In this document: piece after piece, positions 1 through 8,930 of the stretch | Layout: each line of letters begins with the position of its first letter | Position numbering within the stretch: position 1 is the stretch's first letter | IMG/VR virus record: IMGVR_UViG_3300028534_000013 | Span: 121,868-176,653 of that record | From: a virus | Strand: one strand, 5' to 3' | DNA: 54,786 bases | Translations under genes and position numbers: made by a program | Notes under the pieces: generated by a model | Seen by the model: the letters and a program-made list of their open reading frames with translations, nothing else | The model's database searches: none | What the model was told of the DNA's origin: nothing

Positions 1-48
1 CAACAATCAATTGTTATTTTGTAAAAATAAAAAGGGAGAAAACCCAAC

Positions 49-888
49 TTAGTTAGTTAGGTCTTTAGTGTAAGCTAAGTAAGATACTCTTGCAGTTTTA
101 CCGTCAAATTCTCCGGCAGTTCCTGAATCAATAGTAACTTCTTTGTCTCCAGTGACAGATGCTTCAACTACTTCGATACCTTCGTCAGTTACGATTTCAA
201 CTCTATTCATTACTATAGCCCCAATCGGATTAGCAGCTAATGTAAGTTTGTCAGAATTGATTGTTAAATCTTCAGTAACGATTGAAGTAGCAGCATCAGA
301 GATAGCGTTTGGAATAATTGTTCCTGCTAACTGTTTACCCATTTCAGCTGATAAAGGTTTATCGGTTCCGCCACTTGTAAGGTCATTTACAATGTCGCTA
401 TATTTAACAAACACAGTTGTGTCAAGTTCTCCAGCAACAGGTGAAATCGCTTTCCATTCTCCGTTAGCATATATATATGTGTAAGGTTGTCCTTCAAACT
501 CACCGAGAGAGCTATCCCCAGTAGTATCAAGCACAAAAGCAATTAAACTGTCGTATGCTTGAAGTGCATCTCTATCCTGAATAGTGTTTACAACTACAGT
601 GTCGTCAACGCTTGCAACGAATTGTTTAATTTTATCGATTGACCAAGTCTTATCTCCTCCGTCAGTTGCTGTGTCATCAATAATGTTAACTACATTATCA
701 GACACTTCTTGAATCGCATTTTCAAGTTGTGCTTTTAAAGAAACGATAGAAGCCGTACTAGGCACTGTGTCAGTGTTGTTTAAAGACTCTACATCACTCC
801 AAGCTGCGGCGATGTTGTTTTTATCGAACTTTGATGCTAATGCGCTTTCTAGGCCAAATATGGCTTTTCTGGAATATAATCTTTTCAT
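49..888 (-). CDS. Virion fibre/decoration-like protein with phage tail-fibre repeat motifs (279 aa)
   Basis: Motifs IDDTATDGGDKTWSIDKI, VVVNTIQDRDAL and IVNDLTSGGTDKPLSAEMGKQL resemble tail-fibre repeats; AAAGGA RBS; own promoter. Confidence 0.6.
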   Translation of the reverse strand: MKRLYSRKAIFGLESALASKFDKNNIAAAWSDVESLNNTDTVPSTASIVSLKAQLENAIQEVSDNVVNIIDDTATDGGDKTWSIDKIKQFVASVDDTVVVNTIQDRDALQAYDSLIAFVLDTTGDSSLGEFEGQPYTYIYANGEWKAISPVAGELDTTVFVKYSDIVNDLTSGGTDKPLSAEMGKQLAGTIIPNAISDAATSIVTEDLTINSDKLTLAANPIGAIVMNRVEIVTDEGIEVVEASVTGDKEVTIDSGTAGEFDGKTARVSYLAYTKDLTN

Positions 889-916
889 GTGAATCCTTTC
901 GTTTAAATTTCTTTAA

Positions 917-945
917 ATTATATTTTACTTTTACTCACAAGTCAA
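917..945 (-). promoter_or_regulatory. sigma70-type promoter TTGACT-17-TATAAT
   Basis: Near-consensus hexamers, 17-nt spacer, upstream of 49..888. Confidence 0.75.
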
Positions 946-954
946 TAAGACTTA

Positions 955-1302
955 TTAAGATTGCGTATATGTTGGTACAGCTAATACTTTATATCCAAGA
1001 TAATATGTTTTACCTGATATATACTGTTTACCATTTGCTTCTATTTCGTAAACCTCATTTGAGCTTGATGCTTCAGTAGGAAGGGCGTTATCACCTTGTG
1101 TGTTGATAACGTGTCCGCTATATTGGTCATACATTTTAAAGTTCTGGAACCCTCTTACATCCACATTGTTGACTTCAAAAATAGGTTCTGTATTAAAAAC
1201 CCCTTGAACTGTCTGGTCTATTATAGCCCCGTCAACATTTCCTTTGGTTTTATCCATTCCAATAGTTGGTTCGTTGATAAAATTTTCTGCTGTTAATGCC
1301 AT
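955..1302 (-). CDS. Hypothetical protein, probably virion-associated (115 aa)
   Basis: AAGGGG RBS; lies in head module. Confidence 0.7.
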   Translation of the reverse strand: MALTAENFINEPTIGMDKTKGNVDGAIIDQTVQGVFNTEPIFEVNNVDVRGFQNFKMYDQYSGHVINTQGDNALPTEASSSNEVYEIEANGKQYISGKTYYLGYKVLAVPTYTQS

Positions 1303-1313
1303 ATCATACCCCT

Positions 1314-1574
1314 TTAACTAGTAAACGCTAAAAGTTGCGCTTGTGTTTGAAAAAATGTAGTTCCAGCAATTCCTGAACTAGCAGAGGATTGCACAACATA
1401 AGTATCTCCTGAATCATCAACCGTCTCTAGATTGTCTTTCAGTAATAATGCAGTTGCGTATTGCGTACCCTGTTTTCTATGAAGCCACTCTATAGGAACA
1501 CAGCTTCCTGCTGCAAAGAAAGGCTGTAAATCATATCTATCGCTACTTGTATAATTCATCATTTGCGTAGCCAT
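1314..1574 (-). CDS. Hypothetical protein (86 aa)
   Basis: AAGGAG RBS; colinear with neighbours. Confidence 0.7.
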   Translation of the reverse strand: MATQMMNYTSSDRYDLQPFFAAGSCVPIEWLHRKQGTQYATALLLKDNLETVDDSGDTYVVQSSASSGIAGTTFFQTQAQLLAFTS

Positions 1575-1583
1575 TTTTACTCC

Positions 1584-2570
1584 TTAAATGTATTTTTGTA
1601 TAAAACCGTAAATTATATCTTGCTCATGAGGAGTCATATTGCCTACAAGCTCTTCAAAAGCTTTCTTATCAAAAGAGCCGTCGTTAAAATGAGCTATTTC
1701 CTCGTAAGGCAACACCTCTCTCCATTCGTCTTCAGGTATAGATGCGATTTTATCTACAGGTATATTGTAGCCATCCAGCGAAACATAGTCAAGTTTGTTT
1801 TCCGCTGCTATTTTATATAGCAAAGAAGCGGTTTTGCTCATTCCCGTTTTTTCGTTTACATGTTTTATTAATTCTACTGCCGCATATGCTGAATCCTCTG
1901 GTGTTATGTTCACAGTTTCGCTGCTTGCCGTTTTAATAAGAGTCTCAATTTCTTCCGGAACCTCTTCTCCAGAGAAAACCAGTGACACATCTTGAGCTAA
2001 TTCAGCCAATTTATATAAATCCACCCCGTTCACTAATCCTAGTTTATTAAGAGTTTTATCATAATTTAGATTAAACTCCTCTGCTTTTTTTATCAATCTC
2101 CTAGCCCCCAATATAACATCTTCAGGGGACAATTCTTCAGCAACTTTCAAGAACACGCTCTCTGACAAGTTAAAAGTTTCCTCATCTACAACTGGTAGTT
2201 TTTTTGTTTCAGGAAATATAAAATCAGATGAATCCAGCTCATCCTGAACGGATGCTGCTTTTTCAAACCCTACAAGGTCATAATCAAGACCAAAAATATT
2301 ACATGCCTCCTGCGCCGCCTCTTTAACATAATAAGGAACTTCATCTGCTTGCGCCATAATATACATTGCTGTAATGTTGGCAATGTTTTTGTCATATATA
2401 GGAAACATCCTATTTACTGAATCAGCAAAAGCTTCTTTGGTCAACTCTTCTTTAGGTATAAACTCTCCGCCTTCAGAAGCGGTTTTTTCTAAATTGCCTA
2501 CTAATTCAGAATTGTTTCTTAAAAAACTTTTTAAAAGGCTTTGATTTGTGTCTGTATAAAAATCAACCAT
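1584..2570 (-). CDS. Acidic K-x-A-rich head-associated protein with two DUF6582-like repeats (328 aa)
   Basis: 12 K-x-A motifs; repeats AFADSVNRMFPIYD and DFIFPETKKLPVVD; downstream of the capsid gene. Confidence 0.55.
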   Translation of the reverse strand: MVDFYTDTNQSLLKSFLRNNSELVGNLEKTASEGGEFIPKEELTKEAFADSVNRMFPIYDKNIANITAMYIMAQADEVPYYVKEAAQEACNIFGLDYDLVGFEKAASVQDELDSSDFIFPETKKLPVVDEETFNLSESVFLKVAEELSPEDVILGARRLIKKAEEFNLNYDKTLNKLGLVNGVDLYKLAELAQDVSLVFSGEEVPEEIETLIKTASSETVNITPEDSAYAAVELIKHVNEKTGMSKTASLLYKIAAENKLDYVSLDGYNIPVDKIASIPEDEWREVLPYEEIAHFNDGSFDKKAFEELVGNMTPHEQDIIYGFIQKYI

Positions 2571-2745
2571 TTTGTTCCCCTATATTTCTAATAGACATTA
2601 TTCTTCTTATTCTTAATATGCCAGGTCTTGCGCTTTGACCAACCATGCACTCTTGCTGCATTAAGTCTTTTATGTAAGAGCGTAAAAGAGCTTTAAGAAG
2701 CTCCTTTTTAATGTCCATTTTTATTTCCTGATATAATGCATCCAT
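2563..2745 (-). CDS. Small hypothetical protein (60 aa)
   Basis: AGGA RBS; fills the gap and overlaps the next start. Confidence 0.6.
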   Translation of the reverse strand: MDALYQEIKMDIKKELLKALLRSYIKDLMQQECMVGQSARPGILRIRRIMSIRNIGEQNG

Positions 2746-2756
2746 TTGTTTTCCTA

Positions 2757-3395
2757 TTATTTTTTAGAAGGTCTCGCCGATGTTTTTCCATTAGCTTTAG
2801 ATGTGTTTTTCCTGCTTGTTCCGTTCTTTTTATTGGCGGCTGTTTTTTTTACTTCTGTGTCTTTAGCTTCTTCTGTTTTCTCAGAAGTTTTGTCTTCATT
2901 TTTCTCTTCAATTTTTTCTTCTATCTCTTCAGAGTTCTCTTCTTTAGCTTCTTCTGTTTCCTCTTGATTGTCAACAGTTTCAGATTTATCTGTTACCACT
3001 TCGTTATTAGGGTTTTTATCTCCTGTTTCATTTTCTTCATTAGCGTTTTGAGGTTCGTTTTCATTATCGATAACTCCATTTTTGTTTTCGTTATCATTTT
3101 CTGTACTATTTGTTTCACCATTCCCTGAACCGTTACCGCTAATATTTTCATCTTTAATAACATTTGCTTTAGATTCATCTTCGCTTCCTTTTTTATTGTT
3201 TTTCTTAATCCATTCTTTGTAAACAGGGGCACCTACAAGCATTACTTTAATCGCAAAAGGGTCTTTTTTATATTTTGTATAATTTTTTACAAAATGAACT
3301 TTTTTAACCCTTACTACGCCGTGAGGCTCAATTTCAACATTCAAAGATTTTAAAACGATTTTTTTATCGCTTTTATTTCTTAGATAATAAAACAT
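2757..3395 (-). CDS. Hypothetical protein: small N-terminal domain plus disordered N/E/K-rich tail (212 aa)
   Basis: AAGGAG RBS; acidic linker and basic C-terminus; follows the capsid gene. Confidence 0.75.
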   Translation of the reverse strand: MFYYLRNKSDKKIVLKSLNVEIEPHGVVRVKKVHFVKNYTKYKKDPFAIKVMLVGAPVYKEWIKKNNKKGSEDESKANVIKDENISGNGSGNGETNSTENDNENKNGVIDNENEPQNANEENETGDKNPNNEVVTDKSETVDNQEETEEAKEENSEEIEEKIEEKNEDKTSEKTEEAKDTEVKKTAANKKNGTSRKNTSKANGKTSARPSKK

Positions 3396-3422
3396 CTAAT
3401 CTCCTTTTTTGAGTTTTAATAA

Positions 3423-3433
3423 ATTATACCACA
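3423..3433 (-). promoter_or_regulatory. Extended -10 promoter TGTGGTATAAT
   Basis: TGn-TATAAT about 27 nt upstream of the 3395 start. Confidence 0.55.
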
Positions 3434-3443
3434 ATAACTTATT

Positions 3444-3463
3444 AAACCCCAAAAGGGGAAACA
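3444..3463 (-). terminator. Hairpin after the major capsid gene
   Basis: CCCC-TTTT-GGGG followed by TTT right after the stop codon. Confidence 0.5.
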
Positions 3464-3464
3464 A

Positions 3465-4442
3465 TTAGATGTTGAATTCTGCGCAGTAAACACCTCTAGT
3501 GTTACCTACTGCATGAGCAAGATATGCGTCACTGTCGATTGTTAACATATCTCTGTCAACTTCCATGTATACAGTATGGTCTCTTAAAATGAATAGCCAT
3601 CCGTATAGTTCTCCACCGGCAAAACCGTAAAGTTTGTTATCAGGCACAATATCGTTTTTAATAGTCGTGATAATTTCTTTACCCCAGAAAGATTTAACGT
3701 TATCAACACCTTTGTCCCAGAATTCGCTAACTTTAGCATCACCAACTTCAAGCATACTCATTCTGATTATCTCTTGTAAAAGACTTTCAGTTAATAGCAC
3801 TTTGTTGATTTTAGTTCTGTTTTGAATAGGCATTTTGAACCATGTTACGAGACTATCTTTATCAAGCGTTACACCGTCATTGAATTTCACTGTTTGTCCA
3901 GACGCTGTATAATTGTCTCCTGTTTTAAGAGAGCCGGCAGCATCAGCTTCAGCATATTCGTCAGTAAGAATTTTGTTGGCACCTGCCATGATAGTCATAT
4001 CTTCAACTTTGAACATTTGCTCTGCAATTCTCTGTTTGAATAGAGATTTGTAGTCAACTCTTGTACTCATCATCTCCATTTCAGATTTTCTGATTTTTTC
4101 AGATACAAGTTTATCGAAAAATACATAGAATTTGTTGATTTCATAGTATCTGAAAGTTCCTCTACCTCTTAGTGGAACAGTCATCGCTCTTGTGTCCACA
4201 TCTCTGTAAACGATTAGTGCAGGCTGGTCAGTGTAATCAACCTCAACCAGGTCACTTCTCGATACGTTTCTAGTTTCAACTGTCTTTCTCGCAAAACCGT
4301 TTTCTCTTAAATAATCAAGCGAGAATAACGTAGCTGCTTGAGCCGCTTCTTTAACAAAATCTTTTCCGTCTTGACCGAACACTTTACTAGCGAACTGTTT
4401 AGTGCTCATTTCAAATTTATATGCAGGTTTAAAATCAGGCAT
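3465..4442 (-). CDS. Major capsid protein, HK97-type fold (325 aa)
   Basis: Pattern LRENGFARK...TDQP...RAMTVPLRG...SEKIRK...ED and C-terminal AVGNTRGVYCAEF match capsid proteins of large phages as I recall them; size, AAGGAG RBS, proximity to terminase, downstream hairpin. Confidence 0.75.
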   Translation of the reverse strand: MPDFKPAYKFEMSTKQFASKVFGQDGKDFVKEAAQAATLFSLDYLRENGFARKTVETRNVSRSDLVEVDYTDQPALIVYRDVDTRAMTVPLRGRGTFRYYEINKFYVFFDKLVSEKIRKSEMEMMSTRVDYKSLFKQRIAEQMFKVEDMTIMAGANKILTDEYAEADAAGSLKTGDNYTASGQTVKFNDGVTLDKDSLVTWFKMPIQNRTKINKVLLTESLLQEIIRMSMLEVGDAKVSEFWDKGVDNVKSFWGKEIITTIKNDIVPDNKLYGFAGGELYGWLFILRDHTVYMEVDRDMLTIDSDAYLAHAVGNTRGVYCAEFNI

Positions 4443-4456
4443 TCGTCACTCCTTTA

Positions 4457-4888
4457 TTATAATGTCACTAGTTCTAGGTAATCAGTTCCTCTGCTAAGAA
4501 CTTGAAATACCGGAACAGTATGGTCTGAATCTGTTTTTGTAGGTAATCCGTCAACAATTGTCAATAAATCCCCTCTTTTGATAGGAGTGGTTTCGTCATC
4601 TTTGAACATTTTTGTGATAATGCTCATACCGCTATAATACGCTTCAACATTTCCGCTTGGTTTAAGAACTTTTCCTGTAGACACGTTGTAGAAGTTAGCT
4701 TCTGTAACAAGCCCCCACCATTTGTGAGTAGTACCGATTGTACACAGTTTTCCTTCCACGTCCACAAAATTACCACTATCTATAAATTCAGTAGTATCAA
4801 TGTGAGCTTTCGGAAGTTGTAAGAAGTCTGGTGTAGTAATTATACACTTTTCACCTCTATTAAACTCGAAAGGTGTTTGTAAGCTCAT
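4457..4888 (-). CDS. Putative capsid decoration/cement protein (143 aa)
   Basis: Directly upstream of the capsid gene; IKRGDLLTIVDG beta-motif typical of such proteins. Confidence 0.5.
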   Translation of the reverse strand: MSLQTPFEFNRGEKCIITTPDFLQLPKAHIDTTEFIDSGNFVDVEGKLCTIGTTHKWWGLVTEANFYNVSTGKVLKPSGNVEAYYSGMSIITKMFKDDETTPIKRGDLLTIVDGLPTKTDSDHTVPVFQVLSRGTDYLELVTL

Positions 4889-4912
4889 TGTTGCTCCTTT
4901 GTTTTTTGTTAA

Positions 4913-4941
4913 ATTTTACACAATAAAAATAAGTCTGTCAA
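4913..4941 (-). promoter_or_regulatory. sigma70-type promoter TTGACA-17-TAAAAT for the decoration and capsid genes
   Basis: Consensus -35, 17-nt spacer. Confidence 0.75.
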
Positions 4942-4968
4942 ACTTTGAAATTCTTTTTTGCCCGTATT

Positions 4969-5196
4969 TTAGTCTCTTCCGAAAAACATTTCAAAGTATT
5001 CTTCTGAATTTTTCGGTGTTTTAGAGTAATCAGTGTCTTCTACGGGAATTCCGAAAAAATTTTCATCGTTTTCAAAAGACGCTTCTTTTTTAATTGAATT
5101 TTCTTCCAATTTAGCTTTCAATTCCTGATTTTCAGCTCTTAATCTTTCAATTTCAGCTTTTGCTTCACTAATAACTGCTGCTATTTTCTGCATCAT
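4969..5196 (-). CDS. Small coiled-coil scaffold-like protein (about 75 aa; start MMQKIAA)
   Basis: AAGGAG RBS before ATG at 5196, not 5280; coiled coil; KIA and KEA motifs. Confidence 0.65.
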   Translation of the reverse strand: MMQKIAAVISEAKAEIERLRAENQELKAKLEENSIKKEASFENDENFFGIPVEDTDYSKTPKNSEEYFEMFFGRD

Positions 5197-5215
5197 AAAC
5201 TCCTTTTTTTTGTAA

Positions 5216-5244
5216 ATTATACCCAATACGAAGATATTAGTAAA
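5216..5244 (-). promoter_or_regulatory. sigma70-type promoter TTTACT-17-TATAAT
   Basis: Overlaps the terminase stop; 17-nt spacer. Confidence 0.6.
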
Positions 5245-6868
5245 ATGCAACCTGACCATTAAGTCTAAATACATAACCAAAAAAACCGAACACTAAAGAA
5301 TGCAAAGAGTCATCCGGGGCGCTAGGAGAATGCGTCCATATTTTATTACCGGCTTTTGTTTGTTGTGAAAATTCAGCCAATATATCTTGAAAGAAAGGTA
5401 AACTGTCTTCGAATCTTGGCCAAAATATTTTTAATGTTTTTGTGTTTTTGACAGCATTGGGATTATATGTTTTTTTAAGCAAAGGGTAAACAATGTCTTG
5501 TTTTAGAATACCCATTACTGTATCTATTGCCTGAGTTCTGTGTATATTCAATATGTTTGCCTCAGGGTCATATTTAAAAGGTTTTCCGGATGTTCCAACA
5601 TATCTTATAGGCAAAACTCTGTTAGGCCCAAACTCTCTTGTAAGAATAGCATTTTGATATGCGCCCATACCGGCATCAGCAAATATATAATCAACTCTAT
5701 ATAGATAACAGGCCTGTTTTACTCTTTCTAATGTTCCGTTAGGGTCTCCAGGAGGAAGAATGTCTCCCCCTATAACCTCAAGGTCACCGTCCTTCCTTTG
5801 TCCTATAACAAGATATGAGGTTCTTGATTTATCTTCAACCACACCCTCACCAGACCAGTCAATACCTATAAATATATTTCTATATAACAATTTAGTTTCA
5901 TTGTCCACCTGTTTTAAAAGACGTTTTCCAGGAAGACACAACTTTTTAAGTTCCTCCATGGTCAAAAATCTTTTTCCGGAACCGGTTGGTATACCAAGAA
6001 CCTCCTGGTTAAATTTATCAGGAGAATATTCTTCAAATTTTTGATAAACGTCAACCCATTTTTGTTTGGTTTGATGTATAGGCATAATTACCTGCGGAAG
6101 CCTAACAGAAATATATCTGCTTTTTGAATTAACTTCTGTTATGGCAAACTTAGAATCTTCCTGATATATAGGTTTACCGCAAAAAGCACATATCAATCCA
6201 TTTTTGCCTATATTTTTTCTTGTAATAATATTAGACTTATTGCACGCTCTACATTTATATACTCTCTCTATTTTTGTTGAATCGTTCCATAATATGCCGG
6301 TTAAATTCTCTGCGCTTTTAGCCGTTCCGGCGTATGTTACTGTCGGCCGTAAAGAAGATGTGATTGTCTCTTTAATTACAGGTAACGCATCTGGAACTAT
6401 ATCCTGAGTTTCATCTATAAACAAATCATCCGCCGATTTACCCCTTACCCTTGCCGGGTCATCAGACGCTAAAGAGGCATATGTTAACTCTATGTATGAG
6501 CCTAAAGAATTTTCTTTATAAAAAACATTGTTACCGCTTTTAGCAAAAAACCTATCTAAAAATGGAGAATCTTTTATAATGGGACCAAGTTTTGTTTTAG
6601 ACCATGTTTTGGCTTGAGCTTCCAGCGGAGAAACATACAATATTCTATTATGAGGTATTATGACTGATTTAGTCCCCGCTTTAGACGCCAAATAAACAGA
6701 TTTACCTATCTGTCTACCGGCAATAATAACAAGTTCTGGAGGGTTTAAATCATAAACAAACTTCATTGGCTCATATAGGCCAAAATCTATCCTTTTCCCT
6801 TCCACATATATATTGTCGGAAATAAACTTACTAATGCGTGGGTCGCATGGTAATGTAATAGCTGACAT
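5237..6868 (-). CDS. terL: Terminase large subunit (543 aa)
   Basis: Walker A AGRQIGKS, Walker B LFIDETQD, motif III AGT, CxxC..CxxC Zn ribbon, RNase H-like nuclease motifs IGIDWS and DDSLHS. Confidence 0.93.
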   Translation of the reverse strand: MSAITLPCDPRISKFISDNIYVEGKRIDFGLYEPMKFVYDLNPPELVIIAGRQIGKSVYLASKAGTKSVIIPHNRILYVSPLEAQAKTWSKTKLGPIIKDSPFLDRFFAKSGNNVFYKENSLGSYIELTYASLASDDPARVRGKSADDLFIDETQDIVPDALPVIKETITSSLRPTVTYAGTAKSAENLTGILWNDSTKIERVYKCRACNKSNIITRKNIGKNGLICAFCGKPIYQEDSKFAITEVNSKSRYISVRLPQVIMPIHQTKQKWVDVYQKFEEYSPDKFNQEVLGIPTGSGKRFLTMEELKKLCLPGKRLLKQVDNETKLLYRNIFIGIDWSGEGVVEDKSRTSYLVIGQRKDGDLEVIGGDILPPGDPNGTLERVKQACYLYRVDYIFADAGMGAYQNAILTREFGPNRVLPIRYVGTSGKPFKYDPEANILNIHRTQAIDTVMGILKQDIVYPLLKKTYNPNAVKNTKTLKIFWPRFEDSLPFFQDILAEFSQQTKAGNKIWTHSPSAPDDSLHSLVFGFFGYVFRLNGQVAFY

Positions 6869-6869
6869 T

Positions 6870-7580
6870 TTAAGCCTTAGCTATTTCTTTAATTTGTCCT
6901 TGGAGAGTATTGCTTTTTTCTTTAACATATTCAACAATAGGTAAATGCATTTTATAGTAATTCTCAAGAGCGTTTTGAGGGTGTTTAATTTCAGAAGATA
7001 GTTTCCATAACCTATCTAAGCTTGTGTTGGCCTCTTTCACAAACGATGAATCAAAATATGGAAACAAATGATTGAATTTATCATTATTTGCAAAAAATAA
7101 AGGAGGCTGAGTCCACCCGAAATTTTGAAAAGACTCAGCTATATACTCTAACGCATCTCCGAAAACAGGCAAATTTTCAACGTTATATAAAGCCATAAGC
7201 AGCACTATCGCCCACACTATTTTATGAGGAGCGTGATATTCGGTACTATCGACATCCACTAAATCATCGTTTAAAATTTGAACTGCATTTTCAAAATGGT
7301 CTCTGTTCGTTAGAACGTAATCTTCATTTTTCATTACGTACACCATATATACTATATCCATTATATCTTGATAGGAATACCCTTTTCTGCCTAAAACTAT
7401 TTCAAACGTTTCGAGCTCCCACTCCATTATACCAGGTCCAAATTCTTTTATGGCACAAAAATATTTAACCACCCTCATTTTGTCTACATTATTAAATAAA
7501 AAAGCTTTTTCATAATCAGATATTTTATACAGCTCTTTACTTATAGTATGAGACAAATCTTGGATAATAGGGAAAAGCAT
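6870..7580 (-). CDS. Hypothetical helical protein coupled to terL (236 aa)
   Basis: Long ORF; 1-nt gaps to both neighbours. Confidence 0.8.
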   Translation of the reverse strand: MLFPIIQDLSHTISKELYKISDYEKAFLFNNVDKMRVVKYFCAIKEFGPGIMEWELETFEIVLGRKGYSYQDIMDIVYMVYVMKNEDYVLTNRDHFENAVQILNDDLVDVDSTEYHAPHKIVWAIVLLMALYNVENLPVFGDALEYIAESFQNFGWTQPPLFFANNDKFNHLFPYFDSSFVKEANTSLDRLWKLSSEIKHPQNALENYYKMHLPIVEYVKEKSNTLQGQIKEIAKA

Positions 7581-7581
7581 T

Positions 7582-8751
7582 TTACACCTTGTTGTTGAAT
7601 TTTATCTTATAAACATTACTATCATCAAGGACAACATTAAAATCATCGTCTACTTTTTTCTTAATTGTAACATAAATATCATCTTTTTTAGCTTCAAAAA
7701 ACGGAAATTTCCCATTATTTAAAGATAAGTTAATTTTATTTTTGCCGATATTATACACATTTTCTTCTAATACAGCTTCATTAAACCCATAAGATTTTGT
7801 TGTGTTTTTTATTTTTACAATAGTGTTTTGATACACGGGATATATATCCATATCTATTTTTAAAGCGCCGTTCACATAAATCTGTACATTGTTAATTCTA
7901 AGCATAGACAACAAAGCGTTTTCAATTTCAGCATTTAACTCATCTGGGTCTTTTGAAAGCTCTATTGTTACTTCTTTTTCCTTTTCACTATTTATGTTAT
8001 CGGGTAACATAGCAACACTTGAAGAAGGAAGAACATCAAACTCTTTAACTATAAAGGCAAAATCTTCAAAAGTTTTTATAGACTCCGCTTTGTCTTTTAT
8101 AATCTTTTTTATTTTTAAGAATTTAACTAAATTTTTTACATTTAATTCAAGCAAACATCTATTTATGAAAGTATAATCAAAAAAAGAAAGTATTTTTTCG
8201 TTCTTATCACATACGAATTCTCTGAATTGAGAAGATGTTAGACTTAATGACGTTAATACTTCTTCTAGTGCAGCTTCCATATTTACCGTATACGTATCGT
8301 TTAATGTTAATTCCATTTTTTTTGCAATAGTTTTTAATTTTAAAAGCAAATACACAGATTCGTCTTCCTGCTTTAAACCATCCAATAATTCGTCAATATC
8401 GGTTTCGTCTCCCCCTGATATAAATCTATCATCAAAAAACGAAAATTCTATAGATGCGTTTATAACTTTCGGAAGTCCTTCTACCGAATTGTTAGATAAA
8501 ACAATCTGTTTAATGCCGTCTTCAGTGAATATTACATTTTCAAAACTGCTCGAATCATCTAAAGTTTTGTAATCATACAAATCGTTAACCTCTCTGCTTG
8601 CTATAAATTTTTTAGTTCCGTCCGGATAATATACAAAATATCCCTGTAAAAACAATGTAGGTTTCTCATCCGTAACAAAAAAAACTTTATAAACCCTATG
8701 TTTTCCGTCAAAAGTGCCGTAATTTATCAAACATATCTGTTTAAATAACAT
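7582..8751 (-). CDS. Hypothetical protein (about 389 aa; start MLFKQI)
   Basis: AAGGA RBS precedes ATG at 8751. Confidence 0.8.
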   Translation of the reverse strand: MLFKQICLINYGTFDGKHRVYKVFFVTDEKPTLFLQGYFVYYPDGTKKFIASREVNDLYDYKTLDDSSSFENVIFTEDGIKQIVLSNNSVEGLPKVINASIEFSFFDDRFISGGDETDIDELLDGLKQEDESVYLLLKLKTIAKKMELTLNDTYTVNMEAALEEVLTSLSLTSSQFREFVCDKNEKILSFFDYTFINRCLLELNVKNLVKFLKIKKIIKDKAESIKTFEDFAFIVKEFDVLPSSSVAMLPDNINSEKEKEVTIELSKDPDELNAEIENALLSMLRINNVQIYVNGALKIDMDIYPVYQNTIVKIKNTTKSYGFNEAVLEENVYNIGKNKINLSLNNGKFPFFEAKKDDIYVTIKKKVDDDFNVVLDDSNVYKIKFNNKV

Positions 8752-8920
8752 TGTCTTCCTTTGTATCTTCTGTATAACAGTATAAATCTTTCTCATCTAA
8801 ATGGATAAGATATGATTTTTTATCATTCGGTTTTTTTTCTGAAACAATTATTTTTTTATTTTTAAACTCATCTTGGGCTTCCTGAGGCAATATCCTAAAA
8901 TTTTGTTCGTCTATTATCAT
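8741..8920 (-). CDS. Small hypothetical protein missed by the ORF track (59 aa, MIIDEQNF...EDNVI)
   Basis: AAGGA RBS; exactly fills the gap; translated by hand. Confidence 0.7.
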   Translation of the reverse strand: MIIDEQNFRILPQEAQDEFKNKKIIVSEKKPNDKKSYLIHLDEKDLYCYTEDTKEDNVI

Positions 8921-8930
8921 GACAATCCTT

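Noticed and set aside
23-46. Terminator after the first gene
   Set aside because: T tract present but the stem is only 3-4 bp, too weak to call
8370-8430. ISGGDETDIDELLDGL resembling a tail-sheath motif
   Set aside because: Single short motif; the rest of the protein lacks sheath features
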